A model generated the notes under the pieces. The model searched no databases. It was not told where the DNA came from and was given only the letters and a program-made list of their open reading frames with translations. A DNA stretch of 64,000 nt from Utricularia gibba. Taxonomy: Eukaryota > Plantae > Magnoliophyta. The translations under genes and the position numbers were made by a program. The stretch's first letter is position 1; each line of letters starts with the position of its first letter. This document shows, piece by piece, positions 1-13,845 of this stretch. The stretch spans positions 992,001 through 1,056,000 of the forward strand of contig NEEC01000020.1 in the NCBI GenBank assembly GCA_002189035.1. The letters are read 5' to 3'.

Positions 1-86
1 CATGAGATCACAATCAACACGGAATATATTGCAGTAAAATCCTAGAATTGGGTCATGAATGCATATAGTGATAGAGGTAGGCCCGG

Positions 87-427
87 TGTTGGAAATTAAC
101 TTACATCCTTTGGATTATGCTGGGTCACTGATTCAACACGAACACGAAGGTTTCCGCCTTGCTGCTGCACACGAATTGCTGCTGGAAATGCTGGAAATGT
201 AATGAATGTGAGTTTGACTGGATCAATGATAGGGTGCAGCATAAATCCCAAACCAGCCCAACAAACTGAAATACATTAAAACTTATACCAATGATTGACT
301 AGACACTAGTGTACTAGTTTAAATATCATGTAAGAGTGGTTCTTTATAGAACTTCAGTACATTTGAATTAGTATTCTCAAGTTTCAAGCATCTTATGTAG
401 TCTATGACAAAGAACACAAATACGTCA
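87..427 (+). repeat. 5' LTR of copia-1 (start at 87 or ~108)
   Basis: Ends TACGTCA just before the PBS. Aligns with 4505-4793 (TTGGATTATGC..., CACACGAAT.GCT...GGAAATG, TTCTCAAGTTTCAAGCATCTT, AAAGAACACAAATAC). Confidence 0.7.
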
Positions 428-428
428 T

Positions 429-440
429 TGGTATCAGAGC
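429..440 (+). other. Primer-binding site (tRNA-iMet) of copia-1
   Basis: TGGTATCAGAGC directly after the LTR terminal CA. Confidence 0.9.
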
Positions 441-3400
441 TACTTTGATCCACAACTTAGGTATAATACCTTCCTACACTATTATCTCACTAGTCACATA
501 GGAACTAAATGAGCAACAAAGCCAAAAAATTCATACCATTACAATCACCACAGTTCGATGGAAAAAACTATCTTATTTGGGTAGCAAAAATGAAGTGTTA
601 CATACAAGCCTTGGGATTATGGGTCATAGTGACCAAAGACCCACCAACATATAAGGAAGGGAAAACCAAAAAACTCACAAAAGAGAAAACGATGACAAAC
701 TCACAAGCTCTGGTTGCCGTACATGGCTCCCTCACCAATGAAATCTTTTTGATGATATTCAACTGCGAAACAACAAGAGAAGCATGGAAAATATTTGAGA
801 TAGATTTCTCTAGAACTGAAAACTCACAAAAGCTGAAAAATTGAACCTTTGGAGGGAATTTAACTTAGTAAAAATCTCAAACTCAGACCCTATTAAGTCA
901 TTTGCAGACAAGCTGAACAAACCTATGAGCAAGATCAAACAAATGAGAGGCACGGTGGAAGATGAGAGGGTTATCAACAAAATTTATACAAGCATGCCTT
1001 CAAAATTCAGCCTTGTTGTGAGTGCACTCATTGCAACAAGGAGTTTGATTAATCTGATGCTATCTAAATTGTTGAACACTATGAGGGGTGAAGAGCAAAG
1101 ACTCAATATCTTGGATGAACAAGAGAAACCTCAAGAAAAATACTACAAGCAGCTTATACAGCCTATAGGTCAAATCAATGTCACGTAGTAAAAAAGGAGA
1201 AAAGAGGGCCTCACCCACCATGCTAGTTTTGTAAAGGAAAAAAAATCATCAAAGCAGAGATTGTTTTTGGAATCCTTCGAACAAGTGCATACACTGCTCT
1301 GCTATGGGACACATAGAAAGAGTCTGCCCTGAAAAACAAAAGGCTAAAGAACTGTTAGTTGTAGCCTGAATATCTAAACTTCCCCAAAATATGAGCGATA
1401 TGGTTCTGGCCATTATTGAGACATATGCAAGTTTATCTACCACAAAAAGATTAGTTACAAAAGACAAGTAATGATATTTGGATAGCGGCTGTAGCAAACC
1501 ACCTTGGCATATGATATTAACTACTTCAAAATCCTAAAACCCCTTTCAAAAAAGAAAATCCTCCAAGCAGCAAGACAAGAACAATTGATACCTGATGGAA
1601 TTGAAGACATCTCAATGTCTGGGAAAATTATTAAAGATGTGTACTATGGTCAGTTACAAGATCAAGACATTTACTATATACATGAAAATACTTCAATCAC
1701 TGCTCGGAACTCATCTGAAAATGCATTATTCAAGCAAAAAAACAGCAAAGGGTATATCCCATCTCATTTCTCACTAAAACTATAAATGGCATCTGTCTGA
1801 GCAGCCTAACAACATAAACCCTATGGCATCAACGCCTTAGACATATATGTCAAACAAAACTTCTCCTTATGAAGAGAAATCATTTAGTCGAAGGCATATC
1901 TAACCTAAAGAACCAAGATAAAATATGTCAAATCTATCAACAAGGAAAAATAATTAGAATTCTTTTTGACACAAAAACCTAAAAAAGCACCAAAAGATTG
2001 GAGTTGATACATTCAGACGTGTGCGGCTCATGAGCTACGAAACTCCAAGTGGTAACCGCTATTTTCTGCTGTTTATTGACCATTTCACCAAATATGATTG
2101 GATTTTTCTCTATCAGCATAGGTCATCGGTCCTTTACTACTTCAAGCTGTTTAAGGTTGTAGTTGAAAATGAAACTAAGGAAAAGATTTTCAAGCTAAGA
2201 ACCGAAAATGGTGGAGAATACTCATCAATTGAACTGATCTCAATCTACAACTCTAAAGATATCAAGCATTAACTCATAATACCATACACACCTTAGTAGA
2301 ATGACACCTCAAAAAGGAAAAATCGAATAGCTATGAACATGAGCAGGTGTCTACTCTTTCAGAAACATCTACCAAACTACTTCTGGGGTAAAACTATAAG
2401 TACCTCAAACTAGCTTCTGAATCGATGTGCCACATCCTTGTTGCCAACTGCAACCCCTTATGAAGCATCGCACGCCTCTCCATCTAGCACATGTGAGTAT
2501 TTGGGAGCCTTTACTATGTACACATTCCAAAGGAAAAGAGGCAAAGAAAATTGGACAAATTGACCGACAAAGGGATCTTTTTGGGCTATAGGGATGTCTT
2601 AAAGGCCTACAGAGTGTTAAATGTGGAAACACATAAACAAGTTCTGAGTAGAGATGTACTTGTGGATGAACAAAAATGGTGGGATTGAACACTTGAAGAC
2701 ATACCTGCCTCAGATGTATGGAGTGACCTCTTCAAAGAACCCTTTCCTCGATGACCACTTGTTGAATGCGGAGCAGCAATCTGGTGTGAACTCTGCAACA
2801 CCTAATGATGACCAATCAATCACACAGAACAATGAAATAGAGTTGGAATCTGAAATTATTTCTGATGGAGGGGAAGCACCTGTACAAGGCTATCGCAATA
2901 TACATGAAATCTATGCCCAATACCTTTCTGCTTAAGAATCAATACTCTGGGACATCGCCTATCAAGACCCTAACTAGAAAGCCACAATGGAATCAGAACT
3001 CCTATCTATTGAAAAGAATGAAACATGGCAATTGGTACCTTATTCATGAAACCGGGACGATTGGTGTCAAATGGCTCTTCCGCACCAAATTAAATTCGGA
3101 TGGTACTATCAACAAGCTAAAAACTTGATTAGTTGCTCAAGGGTATGCACAAGTACCCAGTATTGATTTTAGTGCAATTTTTTCACCAATTGCACGCTTG
3201 GATACCATCAAACTATTAATTGCCTTAGCTATTTGCAATCATTGGGACATTTTCCATCTCGATGTCAAAAGTGCCTTTCTAAACGGCAAACTATAGAAAG
3301 AAGTCTATGTTCACAAACTTCCAAGCTTTGTTAAACAATGGGAGAAAAACAATGTATACTTACTCCACAAAGCCTTGTATGGCCTCAAGTAAACACCACG

Positions 3401-4504
3401 TGCTTCATATACTAGAATTGATTTACACTTCCAATCCAAGGATTTTCAACAAAGTAAGAATGACACAAATTTATATACATTGAAGCAGAGAGACGCATAC
3501 CTCATTGTGTCACTCTATGTGGATGACATACTCCTCACTGGATAGCACAAGAACCTGCTATACCAAGAAAAGAAGGAACTAATGATCATATTCGAAATGA
3601 TTGATTTGGATAGGATGTGTTATTTTCATGGATTAGAGATCAAACACTCATCCGAATACATCTACCTGAGCCAAAGGAAATATATATTGGATATCATTGA
3701 AAAATACAACTTGAACAATGCAAGCCTACAAGTGTACCTGTGACTAAATGAGATCCAACATTTGAAGAAGACCTTATGGATGAAAAAAATATTCAGTAGT
3801 ATGTTTGACTCACTCATATACTTATCTGCTATATGACCTGATATATGTTTCTCTATGAGTTTCTTGTCTAGGTATTTGACAAATCCGCATAAGACTCACA
3901 TGGATCCAGCAAAGCAAGTCATCAAGTACCTAAATTCAATGAAGTACTATGGAATTCCCTATAAGAAAAGAACATGTATGAAACTAATGGGTTTCACTCA
4001 CTCAGATTATGCAGGTAGTATTGAGAGCTAAAAAAGCACAAGCAGTTACCAATTCATGTTCGGTTCTGAAGCTTTCAGCTAGACTTCAAAAAAATTAGGA
4101 TATCATAGCACTCTCATGCATATAAGTAGAATATGTTGCTGGAGTTGAAGCTCCAAAACATGCAATATGGCTACGAAAAATACTGGAAGACCTTGATGTA
4201 ATGATAAATAAAGCAACAAGTCCCCCATGCCCTGCTCGAGCATGCATGAGTGGTGACTCACGTGATTGCCCTAGGAGAAAACCCAATACAATTTGGGAGA
4301 AGCAAGCACATTAGAGTTCTCTATCATACACTTAGAGAATTTGTCTCTAATGGAGAAGTTGAGGTCAAATATATCCACATAAATCAATAGGTAGCATACC
4401 TTCTGATAAAATTCTTACCTCCAAGGCAGTTTACCTATCTGAGAGAGAAAGTCGACTGAGAGAATGCCTTATAGAAAGAACAAACTCTTTGCAGCAAGGG
4501 AAGG

Positions 4505-4793
4505 TGTTGGATTATGCTACATCGCTGATTGAAGACGAGGGTTTTCCATTTTGCTGGTGCACACGAATCGCTACTAGAAATGCAGTGAATGCGACCTTGA
4601 AGAAATCATGTGCTGGGTCAATACTAGGGTTCAGCATAATGCCCAAACCAGCCTAATGGTCAACTAGAAACTAGTGTATTGGTTTAAATATCTTGTAAGA
4701 ATGGTTCCTTGTAAGACTTCATTACATTTGAATCAATATTCTCAAGTTTCAAGCATCTTCTCTAGCCTAAGAAAAAGAACACAAATACATTCA
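4505..4793 (+). repeat. 3' LTR of copia-1
   Basis: TGTTGG...ATTCA, preceded by the purine tract AAGGGAAGG; clearly related to, but strongly diverged from, 87-427. Confidence 0.75.
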
Positions 4794-5039
4794 ATATTGT
4801 ATGTATATCAATCTTAGCTGAACTAGGTTTCAACTAAGATATATCTTAGTATTTCTTTTTTTGAGGTAAAACTTTTATAAGGATTGCTCTTTTAGAAAAG
4901 TCATATATAGAACTGATAGAACATCTTAATCTGATTTTTTATTAAGTTCTTTTCTAGATCAAAGAAAAAAATTTCTTTTGCTAAAAAACACATGTCTTTG
5001 TATTAGATATAGAACAAGACTAGAACAACTTGATATTAG

Positions 5040-8000
5040 AGCCACCACTCTTGACCTATGGAATGGGAGAAATGATGGAAGTTTTTTAAAGTAAATCTAT
5101 CTACAAATGATACAGAAGTTCAATAAAGTAGAGAAACGTTTTGAAGCTTTTGAGGATGTTCTCTTCACATGGAAGATCTAAGAGCACCTCTATTGACTCT
5201 AACTTTTCTAATGATTGGAAGAATGTTGTTAAACTGATGAAGGTAGAAATTCCCAAATACAAAGGTTTATGATATGTTGGGATAGTTGACATATGCCATT
5301 ATATGTTATCACCAAACTCCTAAAGAGGATAAGTTGTAAGTAGTAGTTACCCAATTGGTTCATGAAATTTAAGGATAGATCGAATATAATTTGATCTAGA
5401 TTCAATTAATAGTGCCACAAACAATTTATCCTCGCTCAAGTGAGTCAATCTTGGGACATCTCACACAACTCAAAATGAGGCAAAACTTGAAGGAATATGA
5501 CTGATAGTTTGAGGAAATGTACCGTGGTATTGATGATCTTCCTCAAATTGAAAACCTATTTACCTCGAAGTGTTACTTGCACACATTCAACTTTAATCAA
5601 GCTTCAAAACTCGATTGATACAATAAATGCTATGAGTCATGCATTAATATTCTATTATGGCTAGACAGACTATCTTTCTCACTACTTTCAAAGCAATAAA
5701 ACTATACACAATACACAAATGACCAAAAAATAAGGTACCTTCTAACAACAAAAGTACAACTTCACTATGTCATTTATTTTTCATGGACTTTGAAGAGAGA
5801 AAAGATAAAAACCTTTGCTATCATTCTGATGAAAAGTTTATTCTCATGCATAAGTATAAACAGTTGTTCCTTCTTGATTTTGGAAACGAGGTGGAGGACA
5901 ACGATGAAAAACATTAATCAAGAATTATATGTATCTCTACATGATGCTTTAGAAAAGGTTTATACTTCAACCAAATGAAAGGCAATTAAAAATGTTTTAA
6001 TAGCAATTAAATTACAATTAAAGATGACTCAAAGGAAGAAACTTAGACTCTTTATAGCTCATGTAAAATCCATTTTATAACTTTAAAATATTTTACATGA
6101 AACTTTTATATACTACTTGTACACGAAAATGGTTTAAGGGCTTTCAAGCCATATACACTACTTGTACACAAAAACTTTTTTTTTGAATGAAATAGTTGAG
6201 TATTTTGAACAAATTGATAAGATTAATGTGTTCATTAGCTTTCAAAAAGTTATTCTTTTATACAGTATCCTAATAATTACCACTTTAACTTTTATTAGAT
6301 TAATGATTTTATAATCTTTTAAAGAGACATCACACTCGAGAACCAACTAGATTCTTAGACTAAACATTCAATTTTCCCTTAATTTGGCTAGAAGTATGAA
6401 AATATATGCTATGCATCGAAAAGCTCTCAATTGAGAAATATGAGATTTGAATCCACTCTAGGTCTCTTCTCAAATTCGACCATCTAGACTTTTTTGTACA
6501 ATTTATTTAACATATATATTGTACATATAGTTGTTCTATCTAAAATTGTATAAAGCATATTCTCTATTATGAACATATAATGAATCGTATTGAGAACCAT
6601 TTGATTCCTTCTTTCTACCACACTATGTTACTGAGAACTACAAGTAACTGTGAGATACCCTTTCACACCAATCTTTCAACAAAATTTCATGAAATCATTA
6701 GGAGTGAATTCGCGCCTTCTTTGTTAGAGTGTAAAAATTTAATTTTCATCTCATTCTAGTTCTTAACCACAACCTGAAATCTTTTAAACGTATCAAACAC
6801 TTCATATTTCTTTGTTAAAAAATGTAAAACCTACAAGAATAATCGTCTTCTACTAATAAGAAAAATTGATTGTTCTCTTTTAAGAAGGAATAAACAACCA
6901 CCAAACACAGAACAACTTGTAGAAGATATATATCTTTAAAAGAGGATACTTTTGGTACATTTTTCCTTTTCCATTTGCACCAATAAACGCCCTCCACATA
7001 ATTGAAATGGTTGCAAAATACTTAGTAGACTATTAATCAATTTTTATATGTATGTTGAGCATGCAATAACTATGAAAGATTGGAGTAAATTATTTTCATA
7101 TTTAGTGGTTCATCTTTTTCTATATTCAAAATAAACATACTACTAAAACTCATTAATACATGAGCTACCCCAAACTTAAAATATTTGATTCTAGACTTGG
7201 AACGTATAAAACATTTTGAAGAAGGTGTGGCTACTTGATTCTAAGAAATCCCACGTCATCAATCATTACTTTTGAAAAATCTCCAAATAATATTCATCCA
7301 TTATAATATTTGTATTCATATGATTATTTGTGTTAGAGTCAATATACTTGAAATTAATATTATCATCATTTCATGCAAGTAGCAAAATGGTAGATTCCAA
7401 TTCTTCATTTTCCTTTTCTTCATCAATGAGAGTTTGAGATGTGGAACTATCCTTTTATTCCTCTATTCTCAGTAATAGTGTCCCAACTTATGGCAAGAAT
7501 AAAGCTTCACTTGCGACTTATCTCCTTGATATCACCAGAATTTCAATAATTTGATCTTTTCTTCCTCTCCATTGTTATGAATTGGAGGTTTTATCATAAC
7601 AACATGTCTATGATGAGTAATGTAAATTTTTTCTACCTTACCATAACCACAAAAACCTCCTCTATCTCTATCTTATTTTTATCCTTGTCTTATATGCTTG
7701 CTTTTGCTTGAAGCATAAGTTATGATGGTTCTTCTCTTTTTTTTTCATATGTTCTCTATACACTTTTAAGGAACCACACAATTCTTCTTGATACACGGAA
7801 ATTTTAGCAATGTCATTGCAATAAAAACAAATTTCTGTATCAAATAAATTTATAGTCCCTAATATATACAAAACACAAATTTAGAAAACTTGTATAGTGA
7901 ATGTCGGGGTCGATCACGAAGAGCTTATACTTACTAATTGTTTTTGTAAATGCATAATTCGGAATAACAGTAGATCTTAGTCTGAGCTTGGACTAACAGT

Positions 8001-10150
8001 GGCAAGTAAGTTCAGTAAACGGAATCAGGTTTCAATGCAAAAGGTAACAAGTACTGGTTTTAACTTAGAATAATACGAAAATGTCCTAAGGATCTACATA
8101 TGGTGTGATGCTAAAATGTCTAATTTAAATTACCATATTCCTACACTCACAAATTCAAATAACCTAAGTCTACCCACGTCATTCATCATATTTTTGGATA
8201 AGTTAGTTTCCAATATCATCACCAACCTTACAATTAGGTCTACCCGCATGTAAAGTGTATAGAACTAGGTCTACCCAATTCTACTGGTTCTACCTCGGAT
8301 TAACACCTACTATTCCCGTCTTGATTTGTTAGTCTACCTCTAAATCAAGCATATTAGTTGTGAAGCTACTTGTTTCCCTTCTTAGGTCTACCCATGGATT
8401 GATAGAAATAAGAGTTGATAAACAATGATGAATTTTATTAAGAATCATAGACCCACACCACCATGCTTTACCTTAAGACATCCCTAGAGTTCTAACTACC
8501 CATACTTTGAAGGTAAAACATGATAATATTAACATAATGTAAAGACAATATCAAGAACATCACGAAAGAGTTGAGTGCATAAACTTAAAACATCAATAAA
8601 CAAAAGTAAAGCAGTAAGGGTTCTCGTTTATATCATCTACTGTTCCCCGGTTGGAACAATAGCGTTGAACTGGTTTTGATGTTGTTCTTGAGAATGAAGT
8701 TCTTCTTCTCCTCTTCTAGTCGGTGTTCTTCGTATTGGAGGTGTTGTTGTTGGTGTAGGAGTTGTTCAAGACATTGTTGGATGTTGGAGGGAAAACCCCT
8801 TGTGTGTGTTCTGAAAACTTCTTGTCTCTTTACGATTCTATCTCCTCTTCCTTTCTCTCGCCTTCCACTGCCGAAGACAAGTACATTTTTTGACAGTTCT
8901 GTTGCTCTTGACCTTGACTTGCAAACTGCCACCGCGACAGTGTACTCATTGCTCCTTGCTACACGGTGACTTGCACACAATCCTTGTTTCTGCTATGATT
9001 TTTTGGTAGTTGTTGGGCTCAAAATTGAGTTAGAATATGGGTGGGCTAAATCCTTTGATTTAGCCCACTAACACACTAAAAATAACATTTTCCTAAATCA
9101 CATGAAAACACTTAAAATTATAAAATAAACAATTAAACATAATTAAAAACTCATTATTTTCATATCCTAAAAACATAAAAATTTGTGTGCTGTCACTTCT
9201 ATACTCATTTCATTTGCTTCATTGGTTCTGGATGCTGACCTAGACCAAAATCTCTTGGATTGGCCCACGAAAGATGGGACCTCCTTACCAGTCCACTAGA
9301 GCCAAAGGTTGAGAAGGGAGCACTAGAGGAAGGAAGGAGGGCAACCGTTTTTCAGTTTTTGGGCATTCTGTGTTGATTGGGTGACCAAGGCTCAAGTAGG
9401 AGTACTACTCTTAACTTTCTCGATTGCAAGGATGATTTTAGGAGTGCTAAACACTCTTGTGAAAATTATCTATTTTTATTTCAGCTATTTGTTTGGTTTC
9501 AAGTTTTAGTGGACTTCGTTGTGTTGTTGGTTGTGTCTTTGATTGACATTTTTTGGAAATTCTACCTTTTGGAGGTTATTGAACCTTTATTGAATCTATC
9601 TTGATTGATTTTTTAAATAGCTTCTTAACAGAACTAAACTACATCAATTTCCTTAATAGCTTCAATTATATGATCAAACTTAAGCTCCAAAGATCTTGGA
9701 ATCTTCTCAATAATCCTCCCTATTTTGAATATATCACAAGTGTACTCATTTGATTGGTGGTAACCTAGACTTTAAAAAGTAATTGTACAATTGACTCTCT
9801 TTCGCTTCAAGGCTTCTGATTCGCCTAGAAGCATCTTTAGTTTCTCTTCTTTTCTTGATCAACCCCTTGGAAAAAAAAACTTCAACATATGCTACAAGTT
9901 GGTGTTGTTCCATGTTCCAGTTGTCTCAAAGAATTTATGCTTGATAAAGAAGAGACAATGCCTTTTTGTAAATTCTTTGTGCTATGGCATACGTTATCAC
10001 AACTTTATTAGTGATGACACCCCCGCATTCAAAGGCATCAAGATGAGCTCATATTCCAATGTACCATTTCTCATAATTATTCTTGATTAGGATTGGAACA
10101 TATATGGTCACATGTGTGTATTCTCGAATCAAATGATAATGATACCAATT
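5040..10150 (-). mobile_element. Highly degenerate Ty1/copia element (copia-2), interrupted by ~1.8 kb of LTR-derived insertion
   Basis: On the minus strand: LTR end plus PBS 'CAACAAATTGGTATCA' (plus-strand TGATACCAATTTGTTG, 10140-10155). Gag 'VPILIKNNYEKW' (~10100) and 'IIEKIPRSLELKFDHIIEAIKE' (~9650-9720), continuing after the insertion as 'EELCGSLKVYRE' (~7780). Zinc-knuckle remnant 'DKSQVK..CHKLGHY' (~7500). Integrase 'QFFLLVEDDYSCRFYIF' (6815-6870) and RT remnants ~6100-6170. Outer limits approximate. Confidence 0.7.
7811..9195 (-). repeat. Solo-LTR-like insertion (Athila-type gypsy LTR) inside copia-2 gag
   Basis: On the minus strand it starts TGACAGCACAC and ends ...TTGCAATGACA (TG..CA), with a 'GATCGACCCC' motif near the 3' end like the 'GATTCGACCC' of the Athila LTRs at ~34035 and ~48320. 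No TSD; followed by another LTR-like piece at 9196-~9631. Confidence 0.6.
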
Positions 10151-10972
10151 TGTTGTAATAAAAAATGGATTTTCACTAATAAAAACAAGAAAAACATAAA
10201 TAAAAAGAGTATTTGTTTAAAATATAATTCAAGGAAAGAGTGTGTTATTAATTCAAAATTTCATATTACAAAAAAAGCTTCATTAATATTACTATATCTA
10301 ACTAAATTTATTAAAACTTTAAACTTCCTAAATGAAAAATATTTGATAATTTTTCCTTCATAACTACTTTATATAACTTCCACTACTACACTCTTGTTGA
10401 TAGTTTATTTCAGCATAATTTCATTGATGGCTTCAAGACTTGCTTCAACGGTACCTACAAGGAAGTGGGTAGTAGTAATATTGGTTACCCGCTAAGACAA
10501 GGTCTACATTTTTATTTATAGAATGCAAATTTCTATTGCAATGATCATTACCGTTTTACTACAATAAAGAGTTTATTTTATTTTCTTTTTGAGTATTACT
10601 ATTCTGGAATTTCCGTTGTAAAATGTTCTAGAACATATTCTGCAAATCGACTGAATCGAGAATGGAAAGCAACAATGGCGGATATGATAAATGAATCCGA
10701 GTTGAGTTTCAGCGTCCGTGTTTAAGAGAACCAGCACTTGAATGCGAAAACGAAAAGATGATTTACACAGACGCATGGAATGGAATGCTTATGCTAAAAA
10801 ACAAAAGCCATGAGCAACAACAATGCCTCCTGCCTCCCCAAAAACAGAGCCAGCGGTTTCCTCCTCCGCTCATCGTCTTCGATTCTCGCATTCAAGCTTA
10901 CCGGATCACGAGAATGGAAGACGACCGATGATCCATCGAGGCCCTTTGCTTTGTCTGTTTTGTTTTATCATT

Positions 10973-11663
10973 TTACTTTTTGAACAGTTGCTGGATCTGC
11001 AAGCAGCCCAGACCTTTAGCTTCAGAGCCCTTCATGATTCTCATCCTCTTGCAGCAAGTCAAAAACATCTCCCACGGGACGTCACCCACAAGCATCCAAT
11101 CCCCATCTTTGTCTTCGTATGTTGGTGCGTATTCAGACGTGTATCCTTCTCTTTCTGAATAGGCGCCTGAATCAACAAAGAAGGACGTTTCTTTATAATC
11201 CATCAATCTCCTAATTTGCTGTTTCTTTCTGTGAAGAAAAAGCTTACCGAGATTGCATTTGAACATGTTCTCTAAGGCTTTGAGTAGATCCGCGTAGTTG
11301 TTGTAGAATTTGAGGTCAATTTTCCGGAGATATGGAGCTCCATCCATGCTCACTTTCACGAACATCCCTGAAACATTGCTCTCCGATTCGCCGTTCCTCT
11401 GAATCAAGTTTTTACGGTAAGATCTCACCGGCGGCCATCCAACCACTTGCTGCCTGGAATTTCATCGAATATGTTACACGGAGTTCAAGAACAGAAATTC
11501 GGCGATGAGTTTTCACAATCACTTACTTCGGAACAGGAGAATCCCCTCTTTTCCCGATCTCAGCAGAGGACCTCTTGCTACTCACACACGAAGAGGAAGA
11601 ACGCGTCTCATCGGCTCCAGGCAAACCCAATCGCAGCTCAGTCGCATCAAGATTCAGATCCAT
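10973..11663 (-). CDS. IAA: Aux/IAA auxin-responsive repressor, 178 aa; complement(join(10973..11166,11248..11453,11527..11663))
   Basis: Domain I EAR 'TELRLGLPG', domain II degron '[14 protein letters not shown]', domain III '[17 protein letters not shown]', domain IV '[21 protein letters not shown]'. Two GT-AG introns give a 537-nt intact frame. Resembles the short IAA1-4/AUX22 type; exact orthologue not assignable. Confidence 0.96.
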
Positions 11664-11714
11664 TTTGATTTCAGTGAAAGACGAAAATCCAAACGGGGAC
11701 GATGGAGCCTGGCG

Positions 11715-12302
11715 GAGACAGAGGAGAGGTGCATTTATAAAGGACCTAACGGAGTTAGGTGACGGCGTTAAGCGCCCCACGCTCGCTGGCGTGCTAGCGA
11801 CTGTGAGAGCGTGTCCAGGGGATGGAGAGTCAGAAGTGGGGACACGGCTTTTGGACGGACACGTATCGCGGTCGGGGAAAGAAAGGGCAAGCTTTAGTCA
11901 GGATTCGCTGTGGAGGGGAACACCGGTGGGCACCACGCCAACTGCCGGTATTCATTGATCGTGGACCACGAGAATTGACGGCTCAGATGCGATGTTTTCA
12001 GCCGTCGGATGGGATGCGGGTTAAAACGACGACCATGCCCGCCGTTTCACTCCCAGTCCCTTCCGAGTTCGAATAGACGGAATAATTGAGGCACGGCACA
12101 GCACGGCACGTGAGAAGGAGCCACGGGCCCCGGGTTGTCTGAAGATAGGTTTTGGCAAGAACGTGGGCTTTTATTGCGTGGGCCCAACCGGAAGCGTGGA
12201 GGGCCCGTCAATCGGCAACGCAACAATTCTCATCTTTCAGTACGGACTCACTGTGCACAATTCTTTTGAACACCGAATTACTTTCTTACCCCTCCTGAGA
12301 CA
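11715..12302 (-). promoter_or_regulatory. Aux/IAA promoter: TATA box and candidate auxin-response elements
   Basis: Minus-strand TATAAAT (11733-11739), TGTCTC AuxREs (11715-11720, 12297-12302), TGTCCC (11839-11844), G-box CACGTG (12107-12112). Motif matches only. Confidence 0.55.
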
Positions 12303-13845
12303 TTTTTTTTATTTTCATTCACTTTTGACCGAACACTAATAGTTCAATTAGACCCTTGAATTTGCGGATCGACATGAATTATTTTCTAATAAGGATATTT
12401 ATAAAGAAAAAAATTCAATTCTTTTATATTATATTTTTAAATTATAGTGTTATCTGTCTTATACTATTGAAATCGTATAGATTTTATATTATCAATTTAT
12501 AGTTAATTGGACAAAGTGGATGCCAACATTCTAAACACAAACTGGGGCATACTTAAATTACACTCGGTTCTCTTTTATTATAAAGTAGGGCTTATTCGAC
12601 GCACACCTTGTTCATCAATGGGTGCGAGCTGAGCTCATTTGATCACACACAACGCTACTTGCTGTGTTACACACAAGGTGTTGGGCTTATTGGATGTATG
12701 AACCCTTCTTGAGGTAAATTTCATTGGTATTAGTCTAGTATTTAAAGTATTTTTCGGACCGAAAAGATTCTATTGTGCTTGATCCATAAAAGCATCACAT
12801 TTTATTCTATTTGAATCATCTAGTGATAATTGTATTATGCTTCTAAAAAATGATATATTTTCAATCTACTTCCAAACTTTCTCATCAACATCTACGATGT
12901 TAGTTATCTCATTGAATCGATGTTTGACAAAGATAAAAAATACACAAGAAGTTAATAATTTTTTTCTATTTATCCACCTTATTTGATATGTGCATATGGG
13001 CATGGGTAGAGCAAGTTATGAGTCTGGGTCCACCTATCTGACCTGCGTGTTGACTTGTATCATGTTTTAGTCCATGGCTCATACCTGTCACTAAACAGGT
13101 ATGATACTAGTAGAGGTGGATGGGTATGGGTTTGACCCATCAACCCATATCCACCTATTTAATTTTTTTTAAAAAAATATAAACTATATAGATAAAATAT
13201 AAATATACATATTTATATGAAACCTAATTTTACCTTCTATGCTATCTACTCTTATAGTGCTCCCAAAGTCTTATTCTTTACATGCTTGATTCCAATCTTG
13301 TCATCATATGAGACGAGTTGGGCTATCGTTGTTTTCATTGGTGTTGAGTGCAGCAACACTTTGCTTGCCGATTCCATTCCTGCCATACTATCAATCCATT
13401 CTCTCTTTTTTGTTGTTCTAAGTTATAAAGTAGTGTTGTCGCTGCTTTTTTTAGTTTCTTAGAATATTTTGTTGTTCTTCTATGTGCTGCTTTTATTTTG
13501 TTAAGTGTTCAAGTTTTCTTTCAAAATGAAAGAGTCTTCAAACCCTTCTTTTTCATGTGAAGCAACTAAAAATCCAATTTTTGATGTAGAATTGTAAGAT
13601 AAGTGTCAAACAGAAGTTCATGGATCTACGTTGAACCCAAAGAAACGCAAGTCTTCTAAATCTCTAGATTGGCATGATCATTTTGTTTTTCAAAAAAAAT
13701 TGGATAAAGTGAGGTGTAAATATTGTGCTATGGAATATAAACATGATAAATATAATTCAACCATCAAATTTTTAAGACACATAAAAACTAAGCATCCTAA
13801 TAAATTTTTTTTTGTAAACAATCTAAATTGAATGTTGTTGGTAGT

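Larger units (their letters stand above)
87..4793 (+). mobile_element. Degenerate Ty1/copia LTR retrotransposon (copia-1)
   Basis: Domain order gag-INT-RT-RH. Gag: 'FDGKNYLIWVAKMKCYIQALGLW' (509-844) and 'ERVINKIYTSMPSKF' (841-1188). Integrase: 'RYFLLFIDHFTKYDWIF...LRTENGGEY' (2021-2272). RT: 'IGVKWLFRTKLNSDGTINKLK' and 'HLDVKSAFLNG' (~3050-3300). RNase H remnants ~4000-4460. PBS at 429 and purine tract before 4505. Many stops and frameshifts; no TSD found. Confidence 0.88.

Noticed and set aside
8633-8980. Overlapping 115-aa and 97-aa ORFs (Gln/Glu-rich and Cys-rich)
   Set aside because: They lie inside an LTR and arise from low-complexity TGT/GTT repeats; no recognisable domain.
10823-12076. 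Several plus-strand ORFs over the Aux/IAA gene and promoter
   Set aside because: These are antisense shadows of a GC-rich coding and promoter region, with no domain or splice support.
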